A DNA stretch of 64,000 bases from Ylistrum balloti (lineage: Eukaryota): NCBI RefSeq assembly GCF_031769215.1, contig NW_026782690.1:186001-250000 (forward strand), read 5' to 3'. Of the stretch, positions 14,201-26,265 are shown one piece after another. A model generated the notes under the pieces. The model was not told the origin of the DNA, searched no databases, and saw only the letters and a list, made by a program, of their open reading frames with translations. How positions within the stretch are numbered: the stretch's first letter is position 1; each line of letters opens with the position of its first letter. Position numbers and translations under genes: made by a program.

Positions 14201-15053
14201 TTGAAGTCTTTGGATCTGCAACCAGTATTATAAGGTCATTTCATCGAGTGCTACCTAGAAAAAACACATGCACCTAAGTAAGACCATTATCACAGCTCTG
14301 AATTCTCATAGACGCTAGTAAAATCTGTGCAACCTACCCCATTATTTTCTGTGTACGCTCTACGTTTCATGTTTCTCACACAACCTTTGATGGGTACAAT
14401 CTACCTGCGTCCTCTACAATATGTAGACAGTCTACATACTCTCTACATATGCTCTACTGGCGTCAATCTTTACGCTACCAAGGCTCATTCTGTCATCCAG
14501 TCTTTGACACAGCATAAATCTCTCTGCAATTTATCTTCATAAGTTTGTGACCTTAGCTGTCCTTCACGTTACTGACTTCAATCACTCATGATCATAACAT
14601 TTCCATTACTATTTATTTTCATTTAACAATATTGATCAACCAATTGATACTGACAAAGTAGCTGCACATGGTGTTATTAGTATTACTGTGTGTGGAAACA
14701 AAATTTAATAGAGCATTACTTATGTCATCCTACAAATACATGCATTCATGAATAGATGTAAAATAATTCAGCCAGTAACATTACCTTTGAGATATGGACA
14801 GTAATCTGTTCAACACATAAGACTTGATGCTTAAGAATCGTTATTACCTTGAACAGAAGTTGATTATAATTTGCAAATTTGATCTCTGGTACAGGAGCCA
14901 CATCTAGGAAGTGCAGGACGAGTATGTGCAGGCCTTGGTGCAGCTGACAGAGACAAGCTACAGTTGTTTCTACCTGGATGTGGTGACAATACTTCACCAG
15001 AAAATGACACTATTGGATTCTTTATAGCAAAGTTTCTGAAATTACCTAGCTAA
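3362..15053 (+). CDS. NSUN6: tRNA (cytosine-5)-methyltransferase NSUN6, 11 coding exons, ~460 aa
   Basis: Exons read from sequence with GT-AG ends and consistent phase: 3362-3457, 5353-5508, 6089-6193, 7626-7719, 8417-8573, 9935-10095, 10591-10631, 11109-11238, 11996-12153, 12715-12840, 14895-15053 (1383 nt, ends TAA). PUA-domain motif [29 protein letters not shown]-binding [12 protein letters not shown], motif [12 protein letters not shown], motif VI LVYSTCT, C-terminal [11 protein letters not shown] all match NSUN6. Confidence 0.96.
5179..5216 (+). repeat. C21 homopolymer followed directly by an A17 homopolymer (NSUN6 intron 1)
   Basis: Directly visible. Confidence 0.9.
6443..7476 (+). mobile_element. 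Helentron-type non-autonomous element (HINE-like) in NSUN6 intron 3
   Basis: 5' end ttagctcacctg plus a short cgtccgtcc tract; degenerate internal repeats; 3' end caaggtgagc (inverted to the 5' motif) followed by the hairpin aggccctatgggcc. Confidence 0.7.
7786..7930 (+). mobile_element. 5' fragment of a HINE-like element (NSUN6 intron 4); related sequence at ~47690-47860
   Basis: Starts ttttggctcacctg. Shares atgtaggttcc...tttggg.ct.atcag.aaaataaaatggc with 47780-47850. Confidence 0.5.
8604..9010 (+). mobile_element. 5'-anchored fragment of a HINE-like element related to 6443-7476 (NSUN6 intron 5)
   Basis: Starts ttctagctcacct. Internal aaaatcctactc...ggatttt...aaatttggtc units resemble those at 6650-6860. 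Confidence 0.55.
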
Positions 15054-15839
15054 TTGAAACATTTCTTGTTTCTGGTGTTTCAGTGTCAAAGGCTTTGAAT
15101 TGTCAAAATTGTTCACTCAATTTTGATTATGTGCATGTGCTTTATAATCAGTCATATATGTAAAATGTACATAAATTTCTCAAGGAAGAAATAAATAGCT
15201 AGCAATTAGAACAACATGCTTTGATTGGTGATATTTTACTGGACTTGTATCCATGGTCACATGGATCAGAATTGTAAAAGAAAAAAACACTTAAGCAACT
15301 TTTGATATAATGTAATATTAATAAGAATACAAAACTATGGTAATTGGCCTGGAGCTTGCTGGCATTGAGAAATGATCTTGTTCATGGTTGTCACTTTGTC
15401 AGATTTGTGAATCCTTTTGATTTACAAGAGGACCAAGTTTATATAACAGGTAATAACTATGACATTCAGCTTTTTGTTGTTAGATTTTTATTAAGAAATC
15501 AATTTAAAACTTCATGACCAACATTAATTGAAATCTTGCAGGAAGGGATTTACCAATTTCAGTGGAATACAGTTTAGGCTGAAGTGTAAACATGACTGTT
15601 TTAAAGTTAATTAGTGTGAATTTGATACTGAACCACTTTTAATGTGTGAGAACTAAAATTTAATGTTGTGATGACAAGATCACTGCAGATGGATGCACTC
15701 TATGCCCATATATACATGTATATAAACATGCCTTTTAGGCCTTTTCTATGCCCATGTTATTGTGTATATCATCGATAGTATTAGTCCATGAACATTGAAT
15801 TAATGATAAATCAAGAATTAATAAAAAAAAAAATTCTCA

Positions 15840-16420
15840 AAATCCCTAGAATCAAATTCCATGAAATTTTAGAAGAATCATACACTTGCAAAAGATGAAC
15901 CAAAAGTGTGAATTATATGGTTCCATGTCCCCACTGGCCAAAGGGGTCAAATTGACTAAAATTTTTAAAATAATCTTATAAATACCAGATTTAGTAGAAT
16001 AAAATGATTTTCATGGATGGAAAGGTCTTGTGGTGCTTTATCAAAATTGTGAATTTCATGGCCCTAGGGTCTCGCATTTCCCCTTGGGCAGGGGGTAAAA
16101 TTTGTGAAAAAAAAAAAATTTATAGTAAAGTTATATTTTCAGGATGATTTAGTTAATTTCTGTTGGAAATATTTGAAACTTGGTTAAGGATGACGGCTTG
16201 ATATTATACACGTATTGCTTTAGCTTGCTGACCCGAGGGGCAAGTGGATGGGGACCAAAAGGAGTTAAATTCACTCAGATTTCAAAAATTATCTTTTTTT
16301 CACCTTGAAATGGTAGAATCAAATGCTGTTCATAGCTTGAACGGTCTTAATGTGCTTTTCACTAAAATTGTGAATTTCATGACCACATGGTCTCACGTTT
16401 CCTCAGGTTTGGGATGAAGT
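15840..16420 (+). repeat. Degenerate satellite-like/HINE-derived monomers downstream of NSUN6
   Basis: Recurring aaaattgtgaatttcatg(g/a)cc motif at ~16045 and ~16365 with a similar flanking layout. Confidence 0.45.
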
Positions 16421-16752
16421 TTACCACATATCATTCCACTCTATGAAACATTCCAGATGTACTATATTGATAAAAAAAATAGTGTACATGTGCATTGGGA
16501 CGTTAGAGTCTGCCTGTGACATTATGCTTTCAACAAGTAAATCATGTTATACTGAACCACCACAATGCTAGGTGTTAACCATTTAATATACATGTACAAA
16601 TGCATATATATGCAGATATTGAAGGCTGATTTAAGGTCATCCATATTGATATTGGCAGTTAAATTCCTGTTGTTTAGATTTTAATTTTTCCCTTATATGC
16701 TCTTAGAAAGGTGAAATAGTTGCATGACACATAACCAGTTTGATTATAATAA

Positions 16753-18384
16753 TTTTAGGTCATCTGATGACTATTGCGATTGCCTTTTGTCCGGCGTCCG
16801 TCGTCAACAATTAACATTTTCAACTTCTTCTCAAGTTCTACATGTCTCATTGAGCTGAAACTTACCTGAAAAGATCGTGCCATGTTCCTGACCAAAGTTT
16901 TTTAATTTCGGGTTGGTCCGAAATCCATGAGGGCCGCCATGGATGCCATTTTGATAATACATTGAAAACACATTTTCAACTTCTTCTCAAGTTCCACCAG
17001 TGCGATTGAGCCAAAACTTGCAAGAAATGATCATGACATGGCACTGACCAAAGGTTGTCAATTTCGGGTTGGTCCGAAATCCAACATGGCCGCCATCTTG
17101 AAAACACATTTTCAACTTCTTCTCAAGTTCTACCTGTGACATTGAGCTGAAACTTACCTGAAAAGATCGTGACATGGATGGTCCCTACCAAAGTTTGTTA
17201 ATTTCGGGTCAGTCCAAAATCCAACATGGCCGCGATTTTGAAAATACATTGAAAACACATTTTCAACTTCTCAAGTTCTGCTTTGTGACATTGAGTTGAT
17301 ACTTACCTGAAATGATCGTGACATGGACTTGACCAAAGTTTGTTAATTTCTGGTCAGTCCAAAATCCAACATGGCTGCAAAGGCCGCCATTTCGAAAATA
17401 CATTGAAAACACATTTTCAACTTCTCCTCAAGTTCTACCTGTGACATTGAGCTGAAACTTACCTGAAATGATCGTGACATGGATTTGACCAAAGGTTGTT
17501 AATTTCGGGTCAGTCCAAAATCCAACATGGCTGCAATGGCCGCCATTTCGAAAATACATTGAAAACACATTTTCAGCTTCTCCTCAAGTTCTACCTGTGA
17601 CATTGAGCTGAAACTTACCTGAAATGATCGTGACATGGACTTGACCAAAGTTTGTTAATTTCGGGTCAGTCCAAAATCCAACATGGCTGCAATGGCCGCC
17701 ATTTCGAAAATACATTGAAAGCACATTTTCAGCTTCTCAAGTTCTACTTGTGACATTGAGCTTAAATTTACATGAAATAATCGTGACATGATCCTGACCA
17801 AAGTTTGGTAATTTGACAGAGTTCAAAAACAGAAGTAAGTAGTAGTTCTTATATCTGAAGGTTGTCTGATCTGTGTTGTTCTGGCACCTAAGACCTTCTA
17901 GGTATACACAGCTGCTTAAGGCTTATATAACCTATAAACAACGTACCGTATTTTACCTAATTGCCACACATGCTGTTATAACCACACCCCATACTTTTGT
18001 ATGGAAAAGAAGATGGGTGCGCTTATTTAAACCCTGGAAACATTCCTTGCCTCAATGATCTGACGTCCAGAATATTTGTCAGCCTTCTAACCAAAGACTC
18101 TCTTCCGGAGAATCCTCTTTCTTGAAACAAATGACCTTGATCCTTTTTCAAGGTCAGAAGGGTCAACTTTGTATAAAACCTGGAAGAAACATCATCTGAA
18201 TAACCATAACACCCAGGGTGATATTTGGCCTGTAGCATGCTGGTTTGTTGAAATGAATAACCTTAACCCACTTTCAAGGTGGTGACTGAGTGCACTTGAT
18301 TCTTAAATCCAAGTGAAATAAGTTCAAAATTTGAAATCTTGTATTTATGTCAGATGACCGTTAAAGCCCATGAGCCTCTTGTTT
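16753..18384 (+). mobile_element. Complete-looking Helentron-type non-autonomous element (HINE) carrying a central tandem array
   Basis: 5' ttttaggtcatctga (16753-16767) and inverted subterminal tcagatgacc (18350-18359); short gtcc/gtcg microsatellite near the 5' end; 3' imperfect hairpin aagcccatgagcct followed by cttgtt; T-rich flanks. Confidence 0.85.
16818..17815 (+). repeat. Tandem array of about 7 monomers of ~155 bp (satellite-like)
   Basis: Monomer starts (ca(a/g)cttc..tcaagtt) at about 16821, 16977, 17113, 17264, 17418, 17574, 17730; periods 136-156 nt; central copies nearly identical. Confidence 0.92.
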
Positions 18385-20174
18385 TGTATACTGTTCTTCC
18401 GAATTTACAATTTATGGAATTTACAAATTTTGGAAAGTTATTGCTGAAATCAGGACAGTATATCCCTAATGACAATAACGGCGAAGTGGCGGGTAACGAA
18501 AACCAAACGTCATTAATCATATATACTATGTAAACAGGTTTGGTATCCAGCCATTGAAGGCATGTATCACGACATGTCAATGCTGGAATCTCCTACCACA
18601 AACCAGGCATACGTGAAATAAAACCAACAAGAAAATAACAATATGTCAACATAATCATAATCCAAACTTAAATTTAATAAAAAATATATATATATATATA
18701 TATATATTTACACGGAGATTCATGAAAACGTACAAAGAGAATAAGACCACTTATCCAGATGAATAAACATTTTTGCATTATCAACGACACCCGTAAATTT
18801 TGGTCAATCCAAGCACGTAATGTCACGTTCTCAAATGAGAACAAGGTATACAACAATGGAACCAACAGAAAACTAACGAGCATCAAACACGTCCGGCTTC
18901 ATATCGCACAAAGAAAAAAATATTTATCAGTGAGAGCATTGTGATAACCGTAAAACTTGTCCATACATTCCCATCAACACGCATCATTTGAAACCCTTTG
19001 AGACAAGTTTGTCCGTCAGTTGATGACTTCTTGCATGAAATGTGTGATAACGGGAACAGATCTTTGCACTGTGACATGTAAACATCATAGGCTGGGCATG
19101 CACGATGTTGCTATCAATTAAAAATTCACACTAGGAAAATCTAAATCATCATGCTCATCGTACAGCTGGGTGGAAAGCTGTCTATGTGGTTTCGTTGTAG
19201 GAAAAGATCAATATAAGCTGTTGGGTGTTTATATATACATATGCGTATATATCGATAGATTCAGCGACGTATGAAAACAAACATGTCGAACAACAGAGTG
19301 GTAGAGGCAGTTCCCATAGGTGTGTCAGTAGTCTGGTTGATGATCTTGCAACCGATCTCAACGAAAATGTTGCCACTCCGTATATTTATAATTTGATTGT
19401 ATTCACAATCATATACTTGTACCACCGTGCACTTTTTGGAAAAGACAGTAGCATTGAAAGAGAACGAAGGCGTTCACTGACTTTAAAATGATGCTAAAAT
19501 GTACTTACTGTACAACGTTTTTTTTCGAAAAGGATGTTTGGAGATTGGTCAAAAGCTCTTCGGAGTACTTTTAAAACCACATAATATTCATTCCACTTCT
19601 TCAGTGAACAATGTCACGTTCAGGCTATACTAAGAATGATAGTAAGTAGTTTTGTTAAAGGTTTGATGTAACAGCTAGACGAAACAGCAATAAAACGTTC
19701 TGTATCCGTATCATTATTGGCAATCTAAATTATTGTAATGAAACATGATTAGCCAGTACAGTTCTTTTTGTATACGGGAAATGAAACAATATTTGCAGAC
19801 AAGGATCAAAGCATTGGCCTCGTCATCTGCGGGAACAATAACATAACTGTAAAGCAAATCTTTGAAATGTGGTTTTAACATCAGGATCATATTCCATTAA
19901 CGGACGGGATTTCACGATGTTTATGACACTAGGAACGCGTCGTGAATTTATCTTTATATTTGTTTTCGTGAAAAAATAGATTTTAGGCTGTTATTGTTTT
20001 AAGAATGATGGACAGAGTGGATTTAACACATTCAGTAAGTGAATCAAACACAGCATATTCTCATTTCACCCATCGTCTGGTATAGTTATGAACGAAATCC
20101 ACCAGTTTCTTGAAATTCATATTCCATTCATTTATGGAAGGGACAGTGGGTGGGATTTACACAATTCAGGTTTC

Positions 20175-20465
20175 ATATTGCATATTCTGTTATGTTACAC
20201 ACAAATGTTTTATGTAATAAAGCACACATACCAGTTTTGACTGAGGTTTATTTTTACAGGACTGGGTTATATTGTAAATTCGTTGCACGAATATAAAGAT
20301 AAATTCCTCTAGATCCGAAACGCAATATTGATGTGATAAGGAACGTTCTCTGTAAGCAGACAAAACACTTATTTTACTCACCGTCGTGAAGCGGATGGTC
20401 GCCGCCATTTTGGTTGTGACCGGGGATAGTTAGGCCGTGACCTACGGTTTAGGTTGGACCCCTTG
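20175..20465 (-). mobile_element. Copy 1 of a young interspersed element (copy 2 at 62545-62890, opposite strand)
   Basis: The reverse complement matches 62545-62890 almost base for base over the first ~220 nt. Both copies share the same sharp end caaggggtccaacct; flanks are unrelated. Confidence 0.85.
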
Positions 20466-23400
20466 TTTATGAAAAGCACACAGAGAGAGGAAGCGGTACG
20501 GTGTACTTCAAACATAATGAAAACCTAATGGTTTCTGTAAGATATCTGACAATAAACCCCATATTAGTACACGTTAGAAAAAAACTTATTATAATTAAGA
20601 CATGGGAGCTATGAACATTCATTCGACAACAAATCCTTTTTACAAATTATACTTAAGTACAGTACATACTGTATCGTAGTGTGGTTCGCTTGACGCACTG
20701 GCGTATTTCTTGTATCGAGTACATTCTTTTGGCGGCACAATAAACATATGGTAGATCTTCACGAATAGTTGTTTTATGTGTCAGTAACCAGACGGTGATT
20801 AAGACACATACGTCTTTAAAATGAACAGATCTGTGTACAGTGATGTTGGTATGTATTCTTCATATCGAGTATCAAGTTAGTGCGTCCTTACGGATATATC
20901 TACTGCAAAATGTACGTGTGTTTTATACCATTTAAAACCAGCCGGATATATTGCGCTCTCCTCCACAGGTGAGTATTTATATAGAACCACATGTTACATT
21001 ATTTAATGTGTACGTGCCTTTATTTGTTGAGCAGTGTGTTGTATATAATGAAAGGAGATTATTATTATTGTTATTACTGTTTTAACGGCTCGTCAACATA
21101 TTAAAGGTCATTTAGGCCATTAACTGGTGAAAGACACCGCGATCAAAACGAAGTGAAATGTTGAAAAACAAATACTAAAAAATGAAATGGTTATATTATC
21201 TCGAAAGTTTAAAATGTATAAATCTGAACAGTTTCTAATTTATCTGACAATTTTATAATACAATACGAAGTATAATGTTGATTACTTTTTATATTCAGTG
21301 ACGGACAACTCGTCGATCAACGTAATAATATATCATATATGTTTTAAACTTTTCATCTTATCAGTTCACGGAAGGAAACTTTACTATGGACATTTTACTT
21401 ATATGTACCGCAATGAATACATACAGCGTTAACAGAACGTAGTCAAATAGAAACAGAGGTGCAATTTATAAGGGCAACGCAAATGTTCTGTTAAAATGTA
21501 AAATTGTGAATTGCAACGTTCTTAGAACTTATGAAATACTAGTTAGCTTGTATAACTGGTGACAGAGCCTATTTCGTGTTGTTACGTATTCTGACCTACG
21601 AAAGAAATGGTGTTTATTTAAATGTGTCCCAGATAATGACCTATCACTTCATTCTTGAGCAGCAGCAAATATTTCCTTAACATTGGTTTTTATTTGATAG
21701 CCAAATGATTGCTGGTGTTGATTTTTTGTTTACTGTGTGTTTTAAACATGTTAAAGGGACATACTTTTGTATTTTGGCATTGTCCGTCCGTCCGTCGTAA
21801 ACCGTCATTTTCCCGGAGATCACCTCCTACCATTTTTAAACTTAGCAGGTTTGTCACCAGGGCATGAAGGTATGTTGACATGAACGGCCTTTAGATTCAA
21901 AGTTTTTACCATAAGCTGACTTCGATTGTGTCTAAGTCAGTTAGTATTTATCGATATATCGTTTTGTACCTCACGCTATGCATCCACGTGATTCCCTATA
22001 GTGCTTATGACATAACTTGCTTCAAAATTGTCTATTGTACTTATTGTCTGTAGTACTTGGTAATTGATTATGTATGCACTACTCAAAAACAGTATGAAAA
22101 CACTTATAACCATAAATCGATGCAGCATATAACACAGTAGTGAAATGCCTGCAGTTGTGCAACGTCATCAATTTTAGGGCCTATCACATATCATGATAGG
22201 AAATACGGCAAAAACCATTTTGAAGTAGGGTGGGGTATCTATACTCATACCATTCTTGTTATCTCGTTATCCCTGACAGTGTTGAATACGTTTGCAAATT
22301 CATTTACTAATGTAACTTTGTAAATATATGTACATACTTTAATGTCTACAAGATAAAGTTAAAATGATTGCTGTCTAGATCAATATACATATGTATCAAT
22401 CAGAATGTTGGACCATTTCCCTGTAATTCTAATCATATCTATAGGTTCACCGGGTAGTCATCATCTCGGGTAGTCTTTCAACACTACAGTCTATAGACAA
22501 CGAAAACAGCTCAAGATCAGTCGCTCTAAATTCTATTATTTGCTCTCTAAAACTATCAGATGTTCAGGGTACACAAGAGAACAAGCATATATCCCATCGC
22601 CCGCTGACTTAAGAAGCACTAAATTATACATATAACATCATTGACATCGATGTCAAACTTACAAACACATAATTCTATGCTCTAATCAAGAAAGCTTTAA
22701 AACAGAAAATGGGTCCGAGTAATTCAAACAATCTGAGACAAATTACAGGAAATCTATTACAGAGAATAAATCACACAAAATCAGCAGAAATAGAAGAAGA
22801 CAAAGATAAGGATTAGCAAATTCAAGTCGAACATTTACATGATATTGAAACATATATCGCCATTTTTTTTTTTTTTTTTTTTTGCGGTAATAATGTGGAA
22901 ACAATGTTGTCTTCTGTTACAAACATACCACGGCTAGGCATAATTATATAGCAGTAAAATCCATAAAGCTTTCACCAATCATATTTTATTTCACTGGATA
23001 GACAGGGTATTGTCCACAATATAATACTTTTTTTTCAAAACAATCATATTTTATTACAAAATTTAGCTTTACACACCAACATTATATATCGGACAGATAT
23101 TTGGAGACTCTGGCCCATACCTAGGTCGCCACACAGGACAAAGTAGGACTCGCCCTCTATTTTTTAGAACCCTGCGCAATGATCTTCATATTTCATGCAG
23201 GTAGAATCCTCAGGATACCCTAGGTGACTTTACCAGGGAAGATTACTATCAATCTTCCTATATTTCGAAACATTTTCTTTAGGGTGGTAATGTGAGTAGA
23301 ATACGGGTTTTTGTAACACAAAAAATTAGATTATTAGATGATTAGAGTGTGAAGTTTCGATTATTACGCGATCACCTTCATAAGAAAAAAGTATGGCGGT

Positions 23401-24354
23401 TCCAAGCGGAATGTTCTCTTGTCACAACTGTACACGAATTAGATTTCAACAACACTTCACAGATACAAGCACAATATTGCACAGGTAAGGATAACAGAAT
23501 GGAGAATCGCACTCGTACCTAGGGGGCTATAAGGGACACAGGTATAGTCCACGTCTGATTTTCTGATCTCGGCACAATACTTGCAACACCACATAGGTAT
23601 TTTATACAACACTGCCACATCTTCAAACTAATACGGCTCTACACCACGCCCTTGACATGCGCCACTGTGGAGATACAGCATCATCCTTCTACCGGAAACA
23701 ACACGATCAATATACCCACGTAACATGGTTATACAGGTATTTTACAGGCTCGTCAACTCATCAGGTGCACTTATCTACCATCATAAGGGAAGAACTATCA
23801 TAACATAAAACACGCATACCGCTTACTTACTAAAGATTGGTACAACAAAACCTAACATCACACTCGAACAAAATGTGGTTCTGTATGTTTTTCAAGTCTC
23901 GACACCTAATCCTTTCAACATTTTTCTTCACTATCACCTCTGCCACACAACACCAAATTATCCCACAGTAAACATTCGATTATTATAAGTATATTTCATT
24001 AACGACTTGGTATTACTATAAACTCTTTTAGCACTCACAATACTAACACGATCACAAACATAAATGTCGAATTTGTGAACAGTAACCTGATGCTGGGAAC
24101 GGTGTTGATTTATAGAAATTATGGACTTGTTTAAGACAATTGTTTACAGAGTGACGGACAAAATCTGGAAAAAGACTACATATAAACACCAAAATGAATA
24201 ACCATGAACACAAGAGTCCGTTGGAAGGGACCAAAATGTCGGCCTGTTTGGGAATGATCAACTCTCATTATATATATCCTTTTGCAAATACTCGAAAAGG
24301 ATCAGGCGTTATAACGCCAACCCAGGGGTGAGGGTTAGGTAACATTTGGAACTC

Positions 24355-24541
24355 TAGTCAAACCTGTCTTTCAGTCTAACTTTATAAAAAGGTCAGCTGT
24401 TTATACATCTCTTTTTTTTTTTTTTTGGCTTCCTGTGTAATGCCATTCATATTAATTGAACCTCTATACAAAGACCACCTGTGTATAAAGGGCACTTTTC
24501 TCTACCCCTGTGAGTGGCCACTATAATCAGCTTTGACTGTA
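24355..24541. mobile_element. Tc1/mariner-pogo-type MITE
   Basis: Imperfect TIRs tagtcaaacctg ... cagctttgactgta (CAGTCAAAC-type, TA at the right end); internal aaagaccacctgtgtataaag block typical of these MITEs. Confidence 0.55.
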
Positions 24542-26265
24542 TTTATTAAGGAATTTTGGCGTACCTCCAAAAATATCGAAATTCACATAGAATAGGATCC
24601 CCATCCTCTCGATATCCTTCCACAACCGATCCTTCTTCCACAGGATTTATCCTGTACTTTTCACGATAATAAACATTAACTGTCCAATTTGATAGTAAGT
24701 CACAAACTTGAGAGTTAAACAGGCGGGACCGAAATATAAAAGGACAGTGCTTGTCATTAAGGAAAAAACGTACATCCTGATTATGAAAAGGATATCTCAA
24801 TATTAATTGTTAGGACATTGCGATAATGAACTTTCATAGTCAAAACACAAGACGACCAATTATCAGACATTTATGTTTTTTATCTGTCTAGAATCCTAAA
24901 AACCTCAAATACAATGAATCTTCAAATGAAAGTTTAGAAAGGTCCATTCAGCGTATCTAAAAAATGGCGATAACAAATTTCGTCATTGATGTTAGAATAA
25001 GCTTGCAATTATTCTCAAGAATAATCAAATAGGCTATTATCAGTTGCACTGAAAAATCTTATTTTAATAAATTTCTCAACACTGAACCTTTTCAGGACCT
25101 TTACCCATTAAATTCACTAAATCTGTTGCGGAGTTGATTATTGATTTTTATTTTAAAAGATGTCAAATGTACATTTAACCCTCAAACATCATGATTTGCC
25201 AATGACCGCCAAAATGTTTTCAAATTTAAAACTTGTGTTTATTTCGCCAATTTAAAAATGAGTCTGTGGCAGGAAAAATAATTTTATTGGTTTCAGTCAG
25301 TTTTAGCCGAATTGGCGGATTCTTACATAAAAAAGGTACCAGTTTATAGAACATTGTATCTTCGTCTCATTCGCTAACCTTTACCTTAAAGTCCAGGAGT
25401 TATACAATGACACGATAAATACTTAAAAGAAGCACGTTGTTTAAATAAGATAAGAATCAAGTTCGCATTTTCAGCCTTATCCAATCATGTATTGTGGATG
25501 TTAGGCATATTTCCTACATCATACCCATCTGCAAAATATGTCCCATATAATAAAAAGCTAACCACGCAGTAATATCGAAAGCGGTTTCACCATTTCCACC
25601 ATTATGGCATATTTAAACTCGAGATAAACCGAAGTCGTCATACGAGGACACATTATTGTCACAACGAGATAACTCCTAACTGTGGCTAAGTATATGTAAT
25701 GTTTGGAATCTAAGTTACAAATAAATTCGTCACCGATACAGATACATTTTACTTGTAGTTTGACCCACATAGATAATACATGGAACATACTCTGTCAAAG
25801 TGATAGGAAAATGTGCTCGACACTAACTCAGACTTTAACACACTTGAGGTTGTTATATTTCTGATGTAGGAACCAATACATCGTAGATTCTGTCTCAATG
25901 AACTGAATTGAACAGGAGCTGAGTGAGGTTTAGTATATTGAACATATCTGTATTCTACTTCACGGCGTACAATTTCGATCTGCATGACAGAGAGAAAAGT
26001 GCTAGTATTTTCTATCCAAAATCTAAGAAGGAAACTTTTTTTATATTTTCAAGATTCATACTAAGCCTGAATACAGACAACTCTGAGATGAAGCTAACTA
26101 ACACAAGTATTTGTCGTTGGTAAACTATTTTCAAAAGTGATCTTATTGTGATTATACTACGATTCAGTTTATGTTCTTATGTTGCAGCTTTAGTAAAGAA
26201 GGTTGAAGAAGGGTGAAGCCGGCAGCTGTTTAATAATTGGCCAATGTAAACCGGAATCAAGAAAT

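Noticed and set aside
14300-14560. Strand-skewed intronic tract with VDCTH on the minus strand (Harbinger-like)
   Set aside because: No further transposase motifs in register.
16818-17815. Regularly spaced repeats as a possible CRISPR array
   Set aside because: Whole monomers repeat with no unique spacers; eukaryotic satellite-like array, no cas genes.
23400-24050. Compositionally distinct block that might be a solo LTR
   Set aside because: No TG...CA ends, target duplication or second copy could be identified.
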